From Candidatus Latescibacterota bacterium (lineage in GTDB: Bacteria; Latescibacterota; UBA2968; GCA-2709665): a stretch of DNA of 64,000 nucleotides. The notes beneath the pieces are model-generated. The model was not told where the DNA came from and searched no databases. It was given only the letters and a program-made list of their open reading frames with translations. Below, in pieces: positions 49,347 to 59,677 of the stretch. The position numbers and the translations under genes are program-made. Positions within the stretch are counted from its first letter, which is position 1, and every line of letters starts with the position of its first letter. The stretch covers positions 2,432,001-2,496,000 of the forward strand of contig CBDCOX010000002.1 in assembly GCA_965219995.1 (NCBI GenBank). Direction: 5' to 3'.

Positions 49347-50633
49347 ATGACAGTCGATAAGGCGACTACCGTGGTACCCGAGTTGCGGTTTCCTGAGTTT
49401 CGCAGCGCAGGAGACTGGCACTTCCAGCCGCTCAGCGACATCGCGGAGCTGATCTCCAACAGGGTTGGAACGACGAAGTGCGTGCCTATGAGCGTCACCA
49501 CCGGCGTCGGCCTCGTGAGTCAAAAGGAGAAGTTCGGCCGCACCATCGCTGGCGACTCGTACAAGAACTACATCCGGCTTCAGACGAACGATTTTGCCTA
49601 CAACAAGAGTGCGACCAAAGAGTTCCCGCAGGGATACATCGCTCGATACTCCGGCACGAAGGACGCGGCTGTACCTAACAGCATTTTCACGTGCTTCAGG
49701 CCGGACATCGTTGGCATCATCCCGGAATACCTCGACCATCTTTTTCACAGGAATCACCACGGCCGATGGCTGCGGAAGTACATCACGGTCGGTGCGCGTG
49801 CCCACGGCGCGCTGAGTGTCAGCAACGATGATCTAATGTCGATGCCGGTTCCGCTTCCGCCGGATGCGGTATCGTGTCACGAGCAAAAGAAGATCGCCGA
49901 CTGCCTCGGTTCGCTGGACGACCTTATAGCGGCGGAGGACCGGAAGCTCGAAGCCCTGCGGCGGCACAAACATGGGCTGATGCAGCAGCTTTTCCCCCAG
50001 CCCGGCGAATCTGTGCCACTTCTTGGAGGACAAAGCGATTGGAAAACGCTCGATCTATCAAAGGTAGCATTCTTTCAAGAAGGTCCTGGTATCATGGCTG
50101 CAGATTTTCATTCGGCCGGAGTACCGTTAGTGAGGCTGTCTGGCCTCGCCGAAGAAACCGTTACGCTCGATGGATGCGATTTCCTAGACTCACATAAAGT
50201 AGCGCAGAAGTGGGCGCACTTTCGACTTGCCGTCGGTGACTTAGTCATTTCAACAAGTGCGTCATTTGGGCGTGTATCAACTGTTACAGAGACCGCAGCA
50301 GGTGCGGTCTTCTACACTGGTTTGGTGCGATTTCGTTCCATCGATGAGCGATTGAGCAACGCCTACTTGAAAGCTCATTTGGAAAGTCCAGACTTCCTTC
50401 GGCAAGTGGAATCTCACGCAGTTGGGGGCGGTATCAAGCACTTCGGTCCAACTCATCTGCGTCAGATGCAGATCCAAGTACCTCCACTTTTTGATCAACA
50501 GCGCATCGCGGAAGTCCTTTCGAGCTTGAACGTGGGCGTCGATGGGCAATGTCGAAAGCTGGATACTCTTAGACGACACAAACATGGTCTTCTTCAGCAA
50601 CTCTTTCCGTCTCTGGAGGCCAATAGGGCATGA
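49347..50633 (+). CDS. hsdS: Type I restriction enzyme specificity subunit
   Basis: VPELRFPEF, two TRDs each followed by EQ.KIA..L.SLD...K.GL.QQLFP. Confidence 0.93.
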   Translation: MTVDKATTVVPELRFPEFRSAGDWHFQPLSDIAELISNRVGTTKCVPMSVTTGVGLVSQKEKFGRTIAGDSYKNYIRLQTNDFAYNKSATKEFPQGYIARYSGTKDAAVPNSIFTCFRPDIVGIIPEYLDHLFHRNHHGRWLRKYITVGARAHGALSVSNDDLMSMPVPLPPDAVSCHEQKKIADCLGSLDDLIAAEDRKLEALRRHKHGLMQQLFPQPGESVPLLGGQSDWKTLDLSKVAFFQEGPGIMAADFHSAGVPLVRLSGLAEETVTLDGCDFLDSHKVAQKWAHFRLAVGDLVISTSASFGRVSTVTETAAGAVFYTGLVRFRSIDERLSNAYLKAHLESPDFLRQVESHAVGGGIKHFGPTHLRQMQIQVPPLFDQQRIAEVLSSLNVGVDGQCRKLDTLRRHKHGLLQQLFPSLEANRA

Positions 50634-51763
50634 GTAATACGCCGAAAATCTATAAGTATGAGAATTTGACAAATCTCGCAGAAAGGCTCCGTAGCGACCT
50701 CAATGATCTGCACTGCGTCTTGCTGTACGCGTACAATAGAACGGGCAAGACACGTCTATCGATGGAGTTCAAGGATCAAGGCAAGCGAAAAGGCGGAGGA
50801 ACGCCGGACACGCTCTACTTCAATGCGTTTACCGAGGACCTCTTTGTTTGGCACAACGATCTTGACGGTGATACGGACCGGCACCTGACGATCAACGAGA
50901 ACTCCTCATTTTTCAATGGTCTTAAGGACCTGGCATTGGACGAAGCCATCGCAGGCTACTTGTCACGTTACGCCGACTTCGATTTTGACATCGATTACGA
51001 AAGGTGGGTGGTTACCTTTCGCAAAGGCGATGAAGACAGGATCAAGATTTCCCGGGGCGAGGAGAAGATCTTCATCTGGTGCATGTTCATGACGATCTGC
51101 GAGCGGGTCATTGATGGTCACCCCTCATATCAGTGGGTGAAATACCTGTACGTCGATGACCCCATCTCGTCGCTGGACGATAACAATGCCATCGCTCTTG
51201 CCTGTGATCTGGCAGCGCTTCTCCGCGAAGCCGCGACTCGTCAGGACGCAAACCAAGAACCAGATCCGCTCAAAACGGTCCTCTCCTCTCACCACACATT
51301 GTTCTTCAATGTCATGTGCAATGAGCTTAGAAGAAAGAGGGAAGGCCAAGAAAAAGTAAATATTAAGCAATACTTTCTGCACCAGCCGAACTCCGAGGGA
51401 GTGTTCACGCTACGCGCCACTGGAGATACACCCTACTTTCACCATGTGGCAACTCTCGCTGAGCTTCGGAAGTGTGCCCAAGAAGGAACTCTCTATACGT
51501 ATCATTTCAACGCCCTGCGCAGTATTTTGGAGAAGACGGCGAGTTTTTTTGGACACGATGACCTTCGGAAGTGTCTGGCCGGGCTGGATGACGAAGCCCT
51601 TTACAACCGCGCACTGAATCTGCTGAGCCACGGAAAGTACTCGATGTACGAGCCGACCGAGATGGGCGATGACAACAAAGAACTGTTTCGCGAAATTCTC
51701 GATGATGTTCTTGACCGTTTTGAGTTCGCACTTCCCGAGCTTGTTCCTGAATCCGTCCCATAA
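50630..51763 (+). CDS. prrC: PrrC-family anticodon nuclease (ABC ATPase + HEPN)
   Basis: YAYNRTGKTRLS, PrrC box LYFNAFTEDLF, ISRGEE, VDDPISSLDD, SSHH, R..N..SH; located within hsd operon. Confidence 0.85.
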   Translation: MSNTPKIYKYENLTNLAERLRSDLNDLHCVLLYAYNRTGKTRLSMEFKDQGKRKGGGTPDTLYFNAFTEDLFVWHNDLDGDTDRHLTINENSSFFNGLKDLALDEAIAGYLSRYADFDFDIDYERWVVTFRKGDEDRIKISRGEEKIFIWCMFMTICERVIDGHPSYQWVKYLYVDDPISSLDDNNAIALACDLAALLREAATRQDANQEPDPLKTVLSSHHTLFFNVMCNELRRKREGQEKVNIKQYFLHQPNSEGVFTLRATGDTPYFHHVATLAELRKCAQEGTLYTYHFNALRSILEKTASFFGHDDLRKCLAGLDDEALYNRALNLLSHGKYSMYEPTEMGDDNKELFREILDDVLDRFEFALPELVPESVP

Positions 51764-51774
51764 AGAGCCAACTC

Positions 51775-53403
51775 GTGACTGACCAAGACCAGAAGCAGCT
51801 CGGCAAGACGCTATGGGCCATCGCCGACCAACTCCGGGGGGCGATGAACGCGGACGACTTCCGCGACTACATGCTCGCGTTCCTGTTCCTCCGCTACCTC
51901 TCGGACAACTATGAGCAGGCCGCAAAGAAGGAACTCGGGCGCGACTACCCTGACCCGATCGTCATCGGCAACGGCGGGCGGTCTTCCCTGTCTGCCTGGT
52001 ACGAGCAGAATCCCGGCGATGTGCCAGCGTTCGAGAAGCAGATGCGGCTCAAAGCGCACTACGTCATCCGCCCCGAGCACCTCTGGGCCAACGTTGCCCA
52101 CATGGCCCGCACCCAGAACGGCCAACTGCTCGGCACGCTCCAGGACGGCTTCAAGTACATCGAGAACGAATCGTTCCAGAGCACCTTCTCCGGGCTTTTC
52201 TCGGAAATCAATCTAGGTTCCGACAAGCTCGGTAAGACCTACCCGGACCGGAACGCCAAGCTCTGCACGATCATCACCAGGATAGCTGAGGGCCTCGCAG
52301 AGTTCTCAACGGATAGCGACACCCTCGGCGACGCCTATGAGTATTTGATCGGCCAGTTCGCCGCTGGCTCGGGAAAGAAGGCCGGTGAGTTCTACACGCC
52401 ACAACAGATCTCGGACATCCTCTCCGCGATTGTCACACTCGACAGCCAAGAGCCCAAAACCGGCAGTCGGAAGTACCTTACCAACGTGATGGACTTCGCC
52501 TGCGGCTCGGGGTCGCTACTTCTGAATGTCAGAAAGCGCATTGGGCCGCACGGCATTGGGAAGATCTACGGGCAGGAGAAGAACATCACCACGTACAACC
52601 TTGCGCGGATGAACATGCTGCTGCACGGCGTGAAGGACTCGGAGTTCGAGATCTACCACGGCGACACGCTGACCAACGACTGGGACATGCTCCGAGAGAC
52701 GAACCCGGCGAAGAAGCCCCGCTTCGACGCCGTGGTCGCCAACCCACCATTCAGCTACCGCTGGAACCCGAACGAGGCGTTAGGCGAGGATATGCGCTTC
52801 AATAACTACGGACTGGCCCCGAAGTCTGCAGCGGATTTCGCGTTCCTGGTGCACGGGTTTCACTACCTCAAGGATGACGGTGTGATGGCGATCATCCTGC
52901 CGCACGGTGTGCTGTTCCGCGGCGGCGCGGAGGCGAGGATCCGCCGCAAGCTCCTTGACGACGGACACATCGACACCGTCATCGGCCTGCCTGCGAATCT
53001 GTTCTACTCGACCGGAATTCCGGTTTGCATCCTCGTTCTGAAGAAATGCAAGAAGCCCGACGACGTCCTTTTCATCAACGCGTCCGAGAATTTCGAAAAG
53101 GGCAAGCGGCAAAATTACCTGTCCGACGACCATATCGAGAAGATCACCGAAACGTACCAACACCGTCCGCAAAGCATCGAGCGGTACGCCAGACGCGTGG
53201 AGATGGGCGAGATTGAGGCCAACGACTGCAACCTGAACATCTCGCGCTATGTCAACACGGCTGAGCAGGAGGTCGAGATTGATCTGTCGGCGACGCACAA
53301 GGAATTGGTCGAGATCGAGAAACAGATTCAGGAGTCAACGGCGAAGCACAATGCGTTTCTGAAGGAACTTGGACTATCCCCGTTGCCAGCGCCCGATAAG
53401 TAA
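51775..53403 (+). CDS. hsdM: Type I restriction-modification methyltransferase
   Basis: LWAIADQLRG, GEFYTP, DFACGSG, NPPF, PHGVLFRG. Confidence 0.95.
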   Translation: MTDQDQKQLGKTLWAIADQLRGAMNADDFRDYMLAFLFLRYLSDNYEQAAKKELGRDYPDPIVIGNGGRSSLSAWYEQNPGDVPAFEKQMRLKAHYVIRPEHLWANVAHMARTQNGQLLGTLQDGFKYIENESFQSTFSGLFSEINLGSDKLGKTYPDRNAKLCTIITRIAEGLAEFSTDSDTLGDAYEYLIGQFAAGSGKKAGEFYTPQQISDILSAIVTLDSQEPKTGSRKYLTNVMDFACGSGSLLLNVRKRIGPHGIGKIYGQEKNITTYNLARMNMLLHGVKDSEFEIYHGDTLTNDWDMLRETNPAKKPRFDAVVANPPFSYRWNPNEALGEDMRFNNYGLAPKSAADFAFLVHGFHYLKDDGVMAIILPHGVLFRGGAEARIRRKLLDDGHIDTVIGLPANLFYSTGIPVCILVLKKCKKPDDVLFINASENFEKGKRQNYLSDDHIEKITETYQHRPQSIERYARRVEMGEIEANDCNLNISRYVNTAEQEVEIDLSATHKELVEIEKQIQESTAKHNAFLKELGLSPLPAPDK

Positions 53404-53419
53404 TCTAAGCGATGCCTCC

Positions 53420-53640
53420 GCCATTGGCTCTCGACGCATGCACGCTGCGCTGAGGGATCGCGACTGGATCCTGAACCACATGAAGATCAAACGCGTGATC
53501 CGCGACCAAGCCAAGAATCTCCCTCGCCAGCGCCGTCTTGTCGCGACCAGCGACAGCGACGAATGCCTCCTCCTGGAACGATCCAGAAAGCACGAGGTCA
53601 ATGTCCCGAACAAGCTGCGGGTTGTCGATCTGGCCCGGTC
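53420..53640 (+). pseudogene. Degenerate IS3-family transposase OrfB fragment
   Basis: GSRRMHAALR....NH.KIKRV.R...RR.VATSDSD...PNKL.V.DL. Confidence 0.6.
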
Positions 53641-53983
53641 AGAAGCCGACATCGTGAATCTGAACGACCAAGATGCCGTTGCCTCGGGCGAAGCTCGTGA
53701 GCGTCTCAAACCGTACTGTCAGCGGTAGATTCAAACTGATCAGTCTGGCCAGCAAGACATACTGAACCCCTGCACGGTGGAGTTGCTCAAGTCGCTGCAG
53801 AGCGTGAGCACCGAGCGGGGGGTGCGGTAGGACACGTTGCGGACGACGCCCCGGAAGTTGCTGACGTGCAACCGGGCTGCCGGCGATGATCGATAGTTTA
53901 GTTAAATCGTGCGAGCGATTTATTGGAAACTCGAAATTGGAATGTCGATAAACCAAGTTGGCAACGAAAAACACGTAATTCTT

Positions 53984-54088
53984 ATGCAACCAACCAACGA
54001 CATCATTCTTCCATTGGATGCCTACGTGCGTTCTATCGGCGTCCGGCGCGTAGGGTTCCACGATCGCAATTGGGGAGGTCCTTTTTAA
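53984..54088 (+). pseudogene. Possible N-terminal stub of a SIR2-domain defence protein
   Basis: MQPTNDIILPLDAYVRSIGVRR then diverges; recalled similarity to L.lDAfvRSiGv.. SIR2(-APAZ) N-termini, unverified. Confidence 0.35.
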
Positions 54089-54109
54089 CCTAAAGAAGGG
54101 TGGCGCGAG

Positions 54110-54613
54110 ATGGCATATAGGAATAAGACCTATGTCTGCGTTGATGGAGACAATGACCTTCGATATTATTATCTGATGTGCGCCTGGAAACAAAATGACG
54201 GAGTGGCTTTCAATTTCTATAACGCGCACGAACTCAATACTGCACGAGATTCAAGTCAAGAAGAGTCGATTAAGCGTCAGTTGCGCATTAGGCTTCGCAA
54301 TAGCAAGGTCTTGGTAGTTCTGATCGGGAGCCAGACGCGGTACTTGTACAAATTTGTCAGATGGGAAATGGAACAAGCCCTATTTCTCGGTTTGCCAATC
54401 ATTGGAGTAAATCTCAACGGATTGAGACAACAAGACACGGATCGATGTCCTCCGATAATCCGTGATGAACTAGCTATCTATGTTACCTTCAATGCATCGA
54501 TTCTTCAGTATGCACTTGAGAATTGGCCGTCTACCCATCGCGATTTCAAAATCCAAGGAAAGTCGGGGCCGTATTTCTATTATGATTCGGTATATGACAG
54601 CTTAGGTCTGTGA
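54110..54613 (+). CDS. thsB: Thoeris ThsB TIR-domain protein (DUF1863/MTH538-like)
   Basis: YRNKTYV..DGDND, SIKRQLR.R...SK..VVLIG, FVRWEME catalytic Glu, LPII.VNL. Confidence 0.85.
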   Translation: MAYRNKTYVCVDGDNDLRYYYLMCAWKQNDGVAFNFYNAHELNTARDSSQEESIKRQLRIRLRNSKVLVVLIGSQTRYLYKFVRWEMEQALFLGLPIIGVNLNGLRQQDTDRCPPIIRDELAIYVTFNASILQYALENWPSTHRDFKIQGKSGPYFYYDSVYDSLGL

Positions 54614-55537
54614 ATGAAAATAGCACTTACACTCCGGGCATATGTGTCGAAGACCTACTGGCGCCATACCTTTTTCAAATTAGGAACTTTAACAAATTTC
54701 CTATCAATTTGGGGTGGATTGTGGCTGCTGGTTGAGTCTATCGTGTTCTATTCGCCGGAATTGAATGCAGGTCTGAGGGAATTTGGGGCCTGGTTTATTT
54801 TGTTTAGTGTCGTATGTACGCTTGTAATGAGACGGCCTCAATTGTCGATATCATCTAAGTTGTTTGGTCGCGACATCGAAATTGAGATACGAGTCGGAGA
54901 TATTTTCGAGATAGAAGGTGGTTGTGTCATCAGTACAAACACAACCTTCGATACAGATATTGATCACGGGCTGATAGCAAAAGATAGTATTCAAGGGCAA
55001 TTTACCACTAGATATTACAATTCGATCTCTCATCTCGATCTTGACCTTGAAGATGCATTGGGTGAGTACTGCTTTGAATCTTTAACTGAAAGAAGACCTG
55101 GAAAAGATAGACGCTACCCAATTGGCACAATAGTTCAGTTAAGGCCGAACAACAAGGCTGTTTACCTCGTTGCAATAGCCGACATAAATGAACATGGCAA
55201 TGCTCGAACGTCGTTTGACAACGTCAAAAAATGTCTGGGCGAAATATGGAATTATGTCGGGGTCCGCGGAGACTTTCAGCCAATTTCAATTCCACTGATT
55301 GGATCGGGACGGGCAAGGTTGACACAGACCCGTGATGAAATTGCTAAGGAGATCATTCGGTCAATCGTGGCTTCCTGCTCCACGAAGAAGTTTTGCGAAA
55401 AATTCACTATTGTAATTTCGCCTTCCGATTATGGGAAACTTGACCTACATCAATTGGGTGAGTTTTTACTTTACATTTGCAAGTACACTGAATTTCGAGA
55501 TCAACGAGATATCGGAAGGGGTAAGGGCATTCAATGA
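54614..55537 (+). CDS. thsA: Thoeris ThsA, transmembrane + Macro domain (type II effector)
   Basis: Two N-terminal TM helices, GDIF...VIS.NT.FDT, SIQGQF, YPIGT, IPLIGSG; directly follows thsB; low GC. Confidence 0.82.
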   Translation: MKIALTLRAYVSKTYWRHTFFKLGTLTNFLSIWGGLWLLVESIVFYSPELNAGLREFGAWFILFSVVCTLVMRRPQLSISSKLFGRDIEIEIRVGDIFEIEGGCVISTNTTFDTDIDHGLIAKDSIQGQFTTRYYNSISHLDLDLEDALGEYCFESLTERRPGKDRRYPIGTIVQLRPNNKAVYLVAIADINEHGNARTSFDNVKKCLGEIWNYVGVRGDFQPISIPLIGSGRARLTQTRDEIAKEIIRSIVASCSTKKFCEKFTIVISPSDYGKLDLHQLGEFLLYICKYTEFRDQRDIGRGKGIQ

Positions 55538-55733
55538 CCCCCGTTCGGAGAAGCAAATATGGTCGATTGGTTCACGTGCTATTCTGCGGTGAATTTGGTT
55601 AATGTAGAGCTATTTGGAAAGCACACCATATATGAACAGGCCGCACAGGCGAAAGGTCCGGAGTAAGAATACGTCGCCAGAACTGTGGCTTAGGAAGCTC
55701 ATTTACGAAATGGATATTCGCGGCTCCCCTACG

Positions 55734-56289
55734 TGCCAATATAGAGTGAGACAACTCCCCCTCCGAGATTAATGTCGTATAATGGGCGGAGAGGAGAGCA
55801 CGAGATGAGGTCAAGAACCGATGATGGAGACAACGGCAGCAGGGGGTCTCTGGATGTGGAGATCCCGCGCGGGACCTCCACATCCACAAGGCCGGATCCG
55901 GAGGTGCCGGCGCGTGCGAAGCGTCGCCGGTTTACCGCTCGGTACAAGCTTCGCGTCCTGGAAGAGGCGGATGCTTGCCGTGCACCTGGTGAAGTTGGCG
56001 CGCTGCTGCGTCGCGAAGGGTTGTATTCCTCGCAGTTGACCCAGTGGCGTCGTGCGCGTCGAGAGGGGTCGCTCAAGGCGCTATCCAAGCAGCGGGGACC
56101 CAAGGGGCGTCGTCGTGACGAGGTCGCCGTCGAGAACGAGCAGCTGCGCAAGGAAAACGCCCGTTTGCGACGACGACTGAAACAGGCGAACACCATCCTC
56201 GAGATCCAAAAAAAAGCCTCCGAGATCCTGGGCATCCCCTGGACCGTCCGCCGGACGACGACAACACATGATACGCGCGGCAGAACAAC
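55734..56289 (+). mobile_element. Truncated IS3-family element (left end, orfA 55772..56332, orfB start only)
   Basis: TGCCAAT... end; RRRFTARYKLRVLEEAD, LRREGLYSSQL..WRR, IQKK on A7G; orfB MIRAAEQL cut at 56290. Confidence 0.8.
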
Positions 56290-56645
56290 TGATAATGATC
56301 GCCCATATGCGGCCAATGCGGGACCGGCATAATGAGGCCAGCTGAAGATCGGCCTAATGGGGCCACTACAGGATCGGCGTAATCAGGCCACCTGGTAACA
56401 ATTGGGGCTTCGGACGTCCCGTCAACGTTTCTACCGACTGGAATTCCGGAGACACAGGTTGTATTGATTTCTTCCTTCTTCGTTTTGCCTTCTTCCTTCA
56501 GATCGAATCCCGGCGACGAACCACGCGCCTATCCTGTTTTTGCTTCTTCGTTCTTCCTTTAGATTTGTCAATGATCGCCCATATGCGGCCAATGCGGGAT
56601 CGCCCTAATGGGGCCACTTCAGGATCGGCCTAATGCGGCCACCTG
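56290..56645 (+). mobile_element. Two further IS21-like left-end modules (56290-56436, 56566-56645)
   Basis: TG(A/T)(T/C)AATGATCGCCCATATGCGGCCAATGCGGGA followed by 25-bp-period repeats; same as 57970. Confidence 0.7.
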
Positions 56646-56658
56646 ATACCAATTGAAG

Positions 56659-56790
56659 CCCCCCACCGCATCAGCCGTCGCCGACCCTTCGACATTTCGA
56701 CAAGCTTACTTCGACAAGCTCAGCACAGGCAATGCAGGCAAGCGCAGGGGCCGGCTCGGCTTCTGCGACTCCCCCTCAAGGGGGGAGTGA
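56659..56790 (+). repeat. REP-like element copy 2
   Basis: CCCCCCACCGCATCAGCC...TTCGACAAGCTCAG...GGCTCGGCTTCTGCGACTCCCCCTCAAGGGGGGAGTGAT. Confidence 0.75.
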
Positions 56791-57097
56791 TTGCGACGTG
56801 AATGCGCGACAGCCGGTATCGAATGCCTCCACGATGTTGCTTGATCCCGGTTCGTCGTTGGGCGGCGCTTCCTCATTGAAGGCTTCCCGGCTCGAGTCAA
56901 CGTCGAGGCAGGTGAAAAGCACATCTCACTGGAGACCGTTGAGCGCTTGCAGCAAGTGGCGTGGGAACGATGCCGTCCCATTCGATCCATCGAGACCCCG
57001 GTTTATGAGTATGCTTACCTCGCCTGAAGGATTCGGCAATCGTGCGAACAACGGCTTGTAGGCTCTTTATTCGTACAATGGCAAAGAGGGGATTCTT

Positions 57098-57718
57098 ATG
57101 TACAAGGTCGTGTTTTTCTCAGTATCATTCGCTATTGCTCTGTCGGCAAGTCCTGGGTTGGCATTTGAATCAGCTCTATTTCCCGGAGAAGGTCCTATCG
57201 GAATCAGGGCTTCCGGAGACGAGATGGTTTTACGAAAAGCGCCTATGGCTTATGCTGACATTGCGGATACGACTCGGATTGCGCGAGATGAGATAATCAG
57301 GTGGAGTCATGCCCGATTTAGAACGGTTGTACCCGGTCTTTTTCTTGTGAGTGAGGATTGTTCAATTGACGGTAGTCGATACGGACGAGTCTTCTATCTG
57401 TCAAGGACGGATTACTACAGAGGTAGCGGCAAGTGGGAGACGTTCAGGTTTTCGAAGAGAGATACAATCGAATATCTCCAGTATCGTGCGGAGGGCAGCG
57501 CATTCCTGAGAATGGATGGTATTGTGATAGAAGCCGAATTAGGAGCTCCGGAATCTACGGCACTAAGAGAAATTCGGAGTCCTCAACTTGAACTTTGGAT
57601 CGAAGTAGAGGATAAGGATGGTAATCCGCTTGGTTGGTTTCGGTTGAAGGACGACTATGTACATCGGCAGACAAGAGTCAGAATGTCCCCAGGCCCTGAA
57701 TTTCTCCATTATCAATGA
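57098..57718 (+). CDS. Secreted hypothetical protein
   Basis: RBS GAGGGG, signal peptide (SPGLA-FE), 206 aa, lower GC than host. Confidence 0.65.
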   Translation: MYKVVFFSVSFAIALSASPGLAFESALFPGEGPIGIRASGDEMVLRKAPMAYADIADTTRIARDEIIRWSHARFRTVVPGLFLVSEDCSIDGSRYGRVFYLSRTDYYRGSGKWETFRFSKRDTIEYLQYRAEGSAFLRMDGIVIEAELGAPESTALREIRSPQLELWIEVEDKDGNPLGWFRLKDDYVHRQTRVRMSPGPEFLHYQ

Positions 57719-57969
57719 AGAAGCCCTGACGATTCACGGTTTGTGCCAAGGCCGTTGGTTGTAGGATCAGATCAATACGATAGGGCACAGGGTCACGCAC
57801 GCCAGGTGGAGAAGCAGACAAGGGATTGCTGAAACTGTTGCTCAAATCGAGACTCCGAGACACGGTCATTCATTTCGGGGTCTCTTGCAATTTCAGGGGC
57901 AAAATGACTATCATACGTGACCTTGTTTGGATACGGTAAAGCGTTAGAATCCCCCAACCACATCAGCCG

Positions 57970-58245
57970 TGTTAATGATCGCCCATATGCGGCCAATGCG
58001 GGATCGGCATAATGAGGCCACCTGGGATGCGATAAAGGTTTCGGACTATCCGGCAACGGTTCTACCTTCTTTCTGTCTCCCCGACAGTCAGGAGGGAAGG
58101 ACATGGCCAATCGGAGGTTCGAGATGTATCAGTATCGTCAGGTATTGACGCGTATGCGGTTGGGCAGTCGGATCGCGCGATCGCCCGTTCATGGTTGATG
58201 AGACGCCAGAAGACCAGTGCGCTACGTCACGTGGCAGGCCGTTAG
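57970..58245 (+). mobile_element. istA: IS21-family remnant: left end plus frameshifted istA 5' stub
   Basis: TGTTAATGATC... end; GGAGG RBS; ATG 58103 MANRRFEMYQYRQVLTRMRLG then shifted frame SDRAIARS. Confidence 0.72.
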
Positions 58246-58320
58246 CGTCTTACAGTAAGACTCCTACGCAAAATGCGTTCACGATTGTTCATGCAACCAG
58301 CTAACGTAAAGGCGGTGCGA

Positions 58321-58464
58321 TCCCCCCCACCGCATCAGCCGTCGCCTGCCCTTCGACACTTCGACACCCTTCGACAAGCTTACTTCGACAGGCTCAGCAC
58401 AAGCAATGCAGGCATGCTCCGGGGCCGGCTCGGCTTCTGCGACTCCCCCTCAAGGGGGGAGTGA
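58321..58464 (+). repeat. REP-like element copy 3
   Basis: Near-identical to 56659-56790. Confidence 0.75.
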
Positions 58465-58720
58465 TCGACCGTTGAAAGGGCGCGCGTTCGCTTGCACCTA
58501 TTTGGTTGCGGCTGAGCAAAGCGAAGCCGCGCTAGCGGAGTAGGTGATGTTCCTGGCGCGCAAGGTCACGCGCGCCAGGTGGAGACGCAAGGAAGGTTTG
58601 CTATAGCAACATCCACTTTCCCCACCGAACCGGGTATCCAATTCCGTCTTTATTACACCGGGCAGATCCGGACCCATTGCGATGACGCATGTGCCAGTTC
58701 AACAATTGAAAGAAGGAACT

Positions 58721-59677
58721 ATGCCGCGTCTGTACGGCCGCCAACGCCTGCTGCTTGGGTTACTCGACGCGATTGGTGGGGACGCGAGCAATACGGACTT
58801 TCAGAAGCTCCTATTTCTCTACTGTAAAGGGCTTTCGTCACACCGGGCAACTGAGACACCTCAAGGACGCTACGACTTTGTGCCCTACCGATATGGCGCA
58901 TTCTCGTTTACAAGCTATGCGGACCGCCGCCGCCTGGTGGATTGGGGGCTGCTAGCGGATGACGACCAGAAATGGGTCCTGACAGAAGACGGGAGCAATA
59001 TCGCGCGAGATTTGGAAGACAGTTCGATTCGTTCGTTCGCGTATCGATATCGAGGCGTTCGAGGGGATGCGCTCGTTGCGGATACCTACCGGCGGTATCC
59101 GTATTATGCAATACGCAGTGAAATCGCAGAGCAAGTATTGGAGGACGATCGGCCGACGCTTGATCTGATTAAATCGACTCGTCCCAAAACAACAGCGTCC
59201 CGGCTATTCACGATCGGCTACGAAGGGCGAACGCTGGAATCTTATCTCAATCTGCTTATCCGTGGAGGCGTGACCCTATTGTGCGACGTGAGACGGAACG
59301 CGATCAGCCGTAAGTATGGGTTTTCCAAGACCACACTTGAACGGGCCTGTTCAGGTGTTGGAATTCGTTACCAACATCTTCCGGAGCTTGGGATTGAGTC
59401 CCGTCGACGCCGAGGTCTAAAGACGGAAGCGGATTTCAAGGACCTTTTCGAGGCCTATAAGCAGACCATCCTGCCAGATCAGGGCGATGCCCTGGGAAGA
59501 ATTCGCGACTGGTTGCGGTCCGGCGAGTCCGTAGCACTCACCTGTTTCGAACTTGACGCCGGCCAGTGCCATCGTCATTGCGTCGCCAATGCGCTCGAAA
59601 AGGTCACTGACCAGAGCGACCCTGGAGATGGAGACGCTCGGCCCTTCCACCCCCTCGGCGGCGTAAAACACCTTTGA
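58721..59677 (+). CDS. DUF488 domain protein with N-terminal extension
   Basis: N-terminal FQKLLFL...YDFVPYRYGAFSF; LFTIGYEG, CDVR.N.ISRK.GFSK, LTCFE....CHR; RBS AAGGA. Confidence 0.85.
   Translation: MPRLYGRQRLLLGLLDAIGGDASNTDFQKLLFLYCKGLSSHRATETPQGRYDFVPYRYGAFSFTSYADRRRLVDWGLLADDDQKWVLTEDGSNIARDLEDSSIRSFAYRYRGVRGDALVADTYRRYPYYAIRSEIAEQVLEDDRPTLDLIKSTRPKTTASRLFTIGYEGRTLESYLNLLIRGGVTLLCDVRRNAISRKYGFSKTTLERACSGVGIRYQHLPELGIESRRRRGLKTEADFKDLFEAYKQTILPDQGDALGRIRDWLRSGESVALTCFELDAGQCHRHCVANALEKVTDQSDPGDGDARPFHPLGGVKHL

Noticed and set aside
53639-54229. 196-aa minus-strand ORF
   Set aside because: Overlaps thsB antisense and crosses mosaic remnants; no motif
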